Source: an uncultured Roseiarcus sp.
Lineage (GTDB): Bacteria; Pseudomonadota; Alphaproteobacteria; Rhizobiales; Beijerinckiaceae
Direction of reading: 5' to 3'
DNA length: 64,000 nt
Assembly: GCA_945957375.1 (NCBI GenBank)
Contig: CAMFKX010000002.1
Span: 3,323-67,322 of the forward strand
The notes beneath the pieces are model-generated. The model was given only the letters and a program-made list of their open reading frames with translations. It was not told where the DNA came from and did no database searches. The first letter of the stretch is position 1. The number at the start of each line of letters is the position of its first letter. The translations under genes were made by a program, and so were the position numbers. Positions 58,161-64,000 of the stretch are shown here, in pieces.

Positions 58161-58311
58161 CGTCCGGTCCGGCCGCCGGCGGCCAAGGCGCGGCGTCGCT
58201 GTCCGGGCCTCCCGGGCGAGGGTCGCCGTTCGCCGGCTCGATCATCCTGCCCCGGCGGGCAGGATGATGGGATCGTCGCCGGCGGGGGACCACCCCATTG
58301 CGCTCGGCGGC

Positions 58312-60027
58312 TCACCTCCCGAGTTCGTCGAGGATGCGCTTGCGCAGTTTGTATTTCTCGACCTTGTTGGTCAAGGTGCGCGGCAGGTCCTCGACCACCC
58401 GGACATGGTGAGGGCGCATGAACTTCGGCATCGTGCGCGCGGCGAATTCGTGCAGCGCCTTCTCGCTGACCGGTTCGCCGGCGGTCGCAACGACGAAGGC
58501 CACGACCTGATCCTCGCCGCCCTCGTCGCTCGGAATGGCGACCACCGCGCTCATCTGCACCTGCGGATGCTGATTGATCGCGTCTTCGACCTGGAAAGAC
58601 GACAGATTCTCCCCGCGCACGCGGATGCGGTCGCCGAGCCGGTCGACATAGTAATATAGGCCGTCGCTTCCGCGCACCGCGGCGTCGCCAGTGTGGAACC
58701 AGAGATTGCGGAACGCCTTGGCGGTCGCCTCCGGCTTGCCGAAATAGGCCTCGAAGAACGTCGCGGGCAGGCGAGGTCGCAGCGTCAGATGGCCAACCGT
58801 CTCGGCGTCGCATTCGGAGTCGCGCTCGTCCCGGATCGCGATCTCGACGAATGGCGAGGGCGCGCCCATCAGCCCCTTGCGAGAGACCTCGCCGCCCGGC
58901 AGCAGCGGCATGCCGCGCCGCGAGGCAATCGAAGCGATCTCCGCGTGAGAATAGCCGCGGTAGAGTTCCGCCGGCGCGCCGTCCCCTTCCTTGGTCTCCT
59001 CGATGGCAATGCTGAGGCAGGAGCCGGATTCGGTCTGGCCGAAGCCCGCTGTGACGAAATCGATGCCGAACCGCCGCGCGAAGGCGTTGTGCGTCGGCGG
59101 CAACGGCTGCATGTGCACTTTGTTGAGCGAGTTCAGGCGGTCGTCGGGCGAAGGCGGCGCCGCGCTGAGCCAGGGGATCATCACATCGAGCAGGATCGCC
59201 GTGGTCGCCCGGCGCGCCTTCACCCGACCCCAGAACGCATCGGGACTGAAGCGGTCCCACACCGCCGTCTCGCAGCCGACCCACAAGGCGCGGCAAACGT
59301 TCGCGACCGCCCCGCCGACGTGATAGAGCGGGAGATCGTTGTAGATCACGTCGTCGCTGTTGACGAGGCTGCGCAGATTGAAAGTGTATTGCGCCATCCA
59401 GCGATAGGGCTGCAGGACTCCTTTCGACGGTCCGGTGGTGCCGGAGGTGTAAATGAGGTTGGCGGGATCGTCGAAGCCAACGACGATTCCCGGCGCTTCG
59501 GCCGCCTGAGTCAGGTCCGTCCAGCGGATCTCCCGGCAATCTCCGCGCACCGTGGCGAGCCCGACGCCGTAATCGTGCGCGCCGGGCGGAGGCGCGTAGA
59601 CCGCGTCGGCAGGCTTTTCCGCCACGTCGTCGAGCGCCGCGTTGAGCGCCGGCATGAGGCTCGCCTCCGCGACAACGAGCTTCGGCGCCGTGTCGTTGAG
59701 TTGATAGGCGAGCAACCGGCCGGCATAGCCGAAGTTGATCGGGGAATAGATCGCCCCGGCGCGCCAGACGCCGAACATCGTCAGCGCGCTCGCCAGCGAA
59801 TTGCGACAGAACACGCTGACCCGGTCGCCTTTGCCGATCCCGAGCGTTGCGAGATTGCCGGCGATGGCGTCGGCGCGGCGCTTGAACTCGGCGAAGCTCA
59901 GCGCGACGTCGTCCTCGCCGTAGTAGAAGAACGTCCGCTCTCCCGCTACCGCCGCCCAGTGGTCCAGGCGCTCCGTGACGATCTCGCCGTCGGCGGCCAG
60001 CAGCGCCGCGAGTTCGCGTTCGTTCAT
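58312..60027 (-). CDS. ATP-dependent acyl-CoA ligase (CaiC-like AMP-binding enzyme)
   Basis: Motifs YTSGTTGPSKG, LPLYHVG, GFGQTE, WFHTGD and RVRGENLSS. Confidence 0.9.
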   Translation of the reverse strand: MNERELAALLAADGEIVTERLDHWAAVAGERTFFYYGEDDVALSFAEFKRRADAIAGNLATLGIGKGDRVSVFCRNSLASALTMFGVWRAGAIYSPINFGYAGRLLAYQLNDTAPKLVVAEASLMPALNAALDDVAEKPADAVYAPPPGAHDYGVGLATVRGDCREIRWTDLTQAAEAPGIVVGFDDPANLIYTSGTTGPSKGVLQPYRWMAQYTFNLRSLVNSDDVIYNDLPLYHVGGAVANVCRALWVGCETAVWDRFSPDAFWGRVKARRATTAILLDVMIPWLSAAPPSPDDRLNSLNKVHMQPLPPTHNAFARRFGIDFVTAGFGQTESGSCLSIAIEETKEGDGAPAELYRGYSHAEIASIASRRGMPLLPGGEVSRKGLMGAPSPFVEIAIRDERDSECDAETVGHLTLRPRLPATFFEAYFGKPEATAKAFRNLWFHTGDAAVRGSDGLYYYVDRLGDRIRVRGENLSSFQVEDAINQHPQVQMSAVVAIPSDEGGEDQVVAFVVATAGEPVSEKALHEFAARTMPKFMRPHHVRVVEDLPRTLTNKVEKYKLRKRILDELGR

Positions 60028-60061
60028 TGGGTTTCCTCCCGATTTTCGCCGCCGCTCGCGT

Positions 60062-63000
60062 TCAGGGCCTCATGCCGAAGGCGGGCGGTCCGATCAGCTC
60101 CGGCAACAGCCGATAGGCGTCCTTCACCCAGTCGCACAGCAGCGCCCGGCTCTCGCGCGGGTCGATGATGTCCTGCACGCCGAACCGCTCGGCGGTGCGG
60201 AGCGGCGATCCGATCTGTTCGAGCTGGCGCGCGATGCGCGCGATGGCGGCCTCGCGATCCGGCGCCGTGTCGAGCTCGGCGCGGAACGCCGCCTCGATGC
60301 CCCCCTGGGCCGGGAGCGAGCCCCAGACTCCCGAGGGCCAGCACCAACTTCGATTGGCCTTGTGGCGGTTGACCGCCCCGGCGCCGCCAACTCCGAACAC
60401 CCGCCGCAGCACCAGTTCCGCCTGCGGCGCGCGGGCCTGATAGATCGCCGCGATCGCGCGCGCGCCATAGCGGATCGCGCCGGACCTCTCCGCCGTGAGG
60501 CCGATCGAGACGCCCGCCTGATCGGTCAGGCTGACGATCGGCAGGTGAAACGTCTCGCACAGGTCGATGAGCCGCGTGACCGCCATCGCGCCCTCGGCGG
60601 TCATGGTCGCGCCCTTCATCGGGTCGGACGTGACGATCCCGACGGGATGGCCGTCGAGCCGAGCCAGCGCGGTCACCGTCGCGCCGCCGTATTCCGCGTA
60701 GGGGAACACCGAGCCGGCGTCGAATACCGCCTCCAGGATCGGCTGGATCGCGTAAGGCCGCCGCTCGTTGCGGGGGATGGCCGAAACCAGACTCTGCTCA
60801 ACCCGATCGACCGGATCGGTCGAGGCGGTCACCGGCGGCGTTTCGTAAACGCTCGACGGCAGATAGGAGAAGAAGCGGCGGATCGTCGCGAACGCCTCCG
60901 CCTCGCTCGCGACGACCCGCTCGACCACGCCGTTGGCGCGATGGACCGCGGCCCCTCCGAGCTCCTCCTTGGTCAACTTTTCCCGGGTTGCGGAGAGCAC
61001 GACCGGCGGCCCTGCGGTGAAGACCTGCCCAAGCCCTTCGACCAGGATCGCCAGATGCGACATCGCGAGCCGCGCGGCGCCCAGCCCGACCGTCGGCCCA
61101 AGCGCGGCCGCCGCCACGGGCGCGATCGAGAGATTGTCCACGACGGCGTCCCAGCCGGGATTCACCGGCAGGTAGTGGAAGCCATTCTCCTGCGCGATCT
61201 TGACGCTGCCGCCGCCGCTCGCGCCGTCGAGCAGACGCACCATGGGCAGCCGCATGCGGCCGGCGTAAAGCTCGCTGAAGATCTGCTTCTGATGGATCGC
61301 GGCGTCCCCCGACCCCGCCCTCAGCGTGAAATCGTCGACTCCGACGACCACCTTGCGTCCGTCGATGCGCCCCGTGCCGGCGACGAAATTGGCCGGCGCA
61401 TGCGCGGCGATTTCGCCCTCGTCGTCATAATCGACGAAGGCCGTCAGCGCCCCGATCTCGTGGAAACTTCCCGCATCCAGCAGCGCCGCAATCCGCTCGC
61501 GCGCATTGAGCTTGCCGTCGGCCTTCTGGCGCGCGAGCTTCGCGGGACCGCCCATCGCCAACGCCAGCACCCGCCGGCGATCGACCTCGGCGATCTCGCG
61601 GCTCCATCCGGAATCCGCAGGCGCAGCCTGCGCCGACTGCGCCGCGCCCGGATCGACGTGGATGCGCACGAGTCCGTCGCCTTCGCGCGCCTCCTCGCCG
61701 ACGGCCGCCATCGCCAGGACGACGCCGCCGACCGGCGTGCGCACCGCATGCTCCATCTTCATCGCCTCGAGCACCAGCAACGTATCGCCGGGCGCGACCG
61801 CATCGCCGACCTGCGCCATCACGGCGATGACGGCGCCGGCCATCGGCGCGCGCGCCAGCGCGACGCCCTCTTCCTCGGGGCCAAGATCGCCCTCCTCCTC
61901 GGCGTCGGCGCCGTCGTCCCCCCCGACCGCGGCGACGAGCGTCTTCTGACGCGCGGCGGCGGCGAGGAGTCCCGCAAGGTTCCCGGCGATCAGCCCGGTG
62001 TCGAAGTCGCCCGCCCGCAGCGCCGGCAGCTCCAGCACGCTCAGCAGCAACGGGATGTTGGTGGGCGCGCCGCCGATCTGGAATTCGCGCAGCGCGGAGT
62101 CGAGGTTGCGCAGCGCCTGCGCATAGGTGTCGCCGCGAGCAATGACCTTGGCGAGCAGCGAATCGTAGCGCACGCTCGTCGCGTAGCCCGCGTAGCCGTA
62201 ACCGTCGACGCGCACATGCGGGCCGGAAGGCGGCTGGTAAATGCGGAGCCTCCCCGCGCTTGCAATCGGGTCGCCGTCGGGCGTCAGCGTCTCGAGGTTG
62301 ACGCGCGCCTCGATCGCGAAGCCGCGGGGCGGCGGCGGGGGGTCGAGGCCGATCTCGTCGAGCCGCGCGCCGAGGGCGATGCGGATCTGCGCCTGGACGA
62401 GATCGACGCCGTGCGCCTCCTCGGTGACGGTGTGCTCGACCTGCAGTCGGGGATTGGCCTCCAGGAACCAAAATTCATCGCCGCTGGTCAGGAATTCGAA
62501 CGTGCCGAGGCCGCGATAGCGAACATGCGCAGCGAGCGCGATCGCCGTCTCCAGCAGCCGATCGCGCAGGGCCGGCGCAAGCGCGGGGGCCGGGGCGATC
62601 TCGATCAGCTTCTGGTGGCGGCGTTGCGCCGAGCAGTCGCGCTCGCCGACATGCTGCGCCGAGACGCCGTCGCCCACGATCTGCACTTCGATGTGGCGGG
62701 CGGCAGGCAGAAGCTTCTCGACGTAGAGCGCGTCGTCGCCGAACGCGGCGCGCGCTTCGGAAGCGCAGCGCGCATAGGCTTCGTCGAGTTCATCGGGCTC
62801 GCGGACCGCGCGCATGCCACGACCGCCTCCGCCCGCGACCGCCTTCAGCATCACCGCCCCGTGTTCGCGCATGAAGGCCCGCGCCTCCTCCAGCGTCGTT
62901 GATCCGCTGGTTCCCGGCGCGACCGGGGCGCCGAGATTGCGCGCGAGACGGCGCGCCGCCGCCTTGTCGCCGAAGAGCGCCAACGTCCCCGCCGAAGGCC

Positions 63001-63304
63001 CGATGAAAATCAGCCCGGCCGCCTCGCAGCGCGCTGCGAAACCCGCGTTTTCGCTCAGGAAGCCGTAACCTGGATGGATGGCCGTCGCGCCTGCGGCCTG
63101 CGCGGCCTCCAGCATCGCCGCGACGTCGAGGTAGGCGGCCGGGCCCTGCCCCGGCAGAGTTTGAGCGCTGTCGGCGAAGCGCACGTGCAGCGAAGCGGCG
63201 TCGTCGGCGGAATGGACGGCGACGCTCCGAAAGCCGAGCTCTCGCGTCGCGCGCGCGATGCGGATGGCGATCTCGCCGCGGTTGGCGATCAGAATGGTCG
63301 TCAC
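60062..63304 (-). CDS. Single-chain acyl-CoA carboxylase (BC-BCCP-CT fusion)
   Basis: BC motifs ANRGEIA, PGYGFLSE and RDCSAQRRHQK; biotin site EAMKMEH; C-terminal carboxyltransferase (GTGRIDGRKVVV, GGGSV, LARLDGHPVG). Confidence 0.92.
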   Translation of the reverse strand: MTTILIANRGEIAIRIARATRELGFRSVAVHSADDAASLHVRFADSAQTLPGQGPAAYLDVAAMLEAAQAAGATAIHPGYGFLSENAGFAARCEAAGLIFIGPSAGTLALFGDKAAARRLARNLGAPVAPGTSGSTTLEEARAFMREHGAVMLKAVAGGGGRGMRAVREPDELDEAYARCASEARAAFGDDALYVEKLLPAARHIEVQIVGDGVSAQHVGERDCSAQRRHQKLIEIAPAPALAPALRDRLLETAIALAAHVRYRGLGTFEFLTSGDEFWFLEANPRLQVEHTVTEEAHGVDLVQAQIRIALGARLDEIGLDPPPPPRGFAIEARVNLETLTPDGDPIASAGRLRIYQPPSGPHVRVDGYGYAGYATSVRYDSLLAKVIARGDTYAQALRNLDSALREFQIGGAPTNIPLLLSVLELPALRAGDFDTGLIAGNLAGLLAAAARQKTLVAAVGGDDGADAEEEGDLGPEEEGVALARAPMAGAVIAVMAQVGDAVAPGDTLLVLEAMKMEHAVRTPVGGVVLAMAAVGEEAREGDGLVRIHVDPGAAQSAQAAPADSGWSREIAEVDRRRVLALAMGGPAKLARQKADGKLNARERIAALLDAGSFHEIGALTAFVDYDDEGEIAAHAPANFVAGTGRIDGRKVVVGVDDFTLRAGSGDAAIHQKQIFSELYAGRMRLPMVRLLDGASGGGSVKIAQENGFHYLPVNPGWDAVVDNLSIAPVAAAALGPTVGLGAARLAMSHLAILVEGLGQVFTAGPPVVLSATREKLTKEELGGAAVHRANGVVERVVASEAEAFATIRRFFSYLPSSVYETPPVTASTDPVDRVEQSLVSAIPRNERRPYAIQPILEAVFDAGSVFPYAEYGGATVTALARLDGHPVGIVTSDPMKGATMTAEGAMAVTRLIDLCETFHLPIVSLTDQAGVSIGLTAERSGAIRYGARAIAAIYQARAPQAELVLRRVFGVGGAGAVNRHKANRSWCWPSGVWGSLPAQGGIEAAFRAELDTAPDREAAIARIARQLEQIGSPLRTAERFGVQDIIDPRESRALLCDWVKDAYRLLPELIGPPAFGMRP

Positions 63305-63990
63305 GGCGTTCCCTTCCCCGGCTCGCCCTCGGCGGGCCTCAAAACCTCTGGCCCCGGCGTCGCGCCCAGGCTGCGCATCACCATGCCGGCCACGACGTCG
63401 GCGACTTCGGCGGCCGAGGCGCCGCCGTCGGGCTTGAACCAGTGCGCCGGCGACAGGCAGGCGCGGATGATCGTGAAGGCGGTGATCTTGAGGTCGCCGA
63501 CGACGAACGCCTTCGCGGCCGCGCCTTCGCGCAACAGGCCGATCAGCGCCGCTTCGTAGCGTCGCTCGATGACGCGCACCCTGGCGCGGTGGACGGGATC
63601 GAGGCCGCTGGCGATCGAGGTCTGGATGACGTGGCGCGACTGTTCCTCGAATCCCGTGGCGACGAGATCGCGCACGGCGCGCTCCATCCGCCGCGCAATA
63701 TCCCCTGGGCCGGCGGCGATCGCCTCCAGTCGCTCCGCCGCGCCGCCCGATGTCGCCTGCCGCGTCTCGACGATGATGTCCTGCTTGTTGCGGAACTGAT
63801 AGTAGAGCACGCCCTTGCTGGTCCCGAGCTCGGCGGCGATGTCATCCATCGTCGCGTCCGCGTAGCCCTTGCGCGCGAACACGCGGCTGGCGGCCTCAAG
63901 GATCTCGCGGCGTTGCGCGTCTCGCCGCGCGGGATCGCGCACCACGCCGCCACGCAGCCCGATCCGAAGTTTCCGGGAGTCCGTCTGCAC
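63301..63990 (-). CDS. TetR/AcrR family transcriptional regulator
   Basis: HTH ILEAASRVFARKGYADATMDDIAAELGTSKGVLYYQFRNK. The start is uncertain near the window edge. Confidence 0.9.
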   Translation of the reverse strand: MQTDSRKLRIGLRGGVVRDPARRDAQRREILEAASRVFARKGYADATMDDIAAELGTSKGVLYYQFRNKQDIIVETRQATSGGAAERLEAIAAGPGDIARRMERAVRDLVATGFEEQSRHVIQTSIASGLDPVHRARVRVIERRYEAALIGLLREGAAAKAFVVGDLKITAFTIIRACLSPAHWFKPDGGASAAEVADVVAGMVMRSLGATPGPEVLRPAEGEPGKGTP

Positions 63991-64000
63991 CTCGCGCGCC

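Overview
Very GC-rich alphaproteobacterial chromosome segment (Hyphomicrobiales/Rhizobiales-like by gene content and codon style; taxonomy is inference). I found no rRNA, tRNA, CRISPR array or IS. (1) 1-17.8 kb is mostly housekeeping: GNAT, zwf, prmA, an orphan ORF, uvrC with an in-frame cluster of GTAG-type REP palindromes, a lipoprotein, prs, a BMP-family nucleoside ABC transporter with cdd, a YbiB-like gene, cysG, a frameshifted BigR/SqrR-type repressor, and sdaA. (2) 18.1-41.7 kb is an aromatic catabolic island. A split phenylphosphate-synthase-like kinase and a three-subunit biotin carboxylase lie in hpeHICBA/acv-like order. They are followed by an ABC importer, dehydrogenases, a Tm-1-like protein, a MalT/LuxR regulator, an acetoacetate-CoA-ligase-like enzyme and a HAD phosphatase. 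Three promoters share a CTATC-N4-GATAG box. (3) 41.7-58.2 kb is the most interesting part. A BlcR/AttJ-like IclR regulator is divergent from an apparent ~15.5 kb operon carrying an AttM/BlcC lactonase, a BlcB-like Fe-ADH and an SSADH. Between these sit an ABC transporter with enlarged permeases, a proteorhodopsin-fold protein lacking the retinal lysine and counterions, a flotillin, a 4-TM protein and a divergent sodium:solute symporter. (4) 58.3-64 kb holds an acyl-CoA ligase, a single-chain acyl-CoA carboxylase and a TetR regulator. All family assignments rest on motifs I recognised by eye; no database searches were run.
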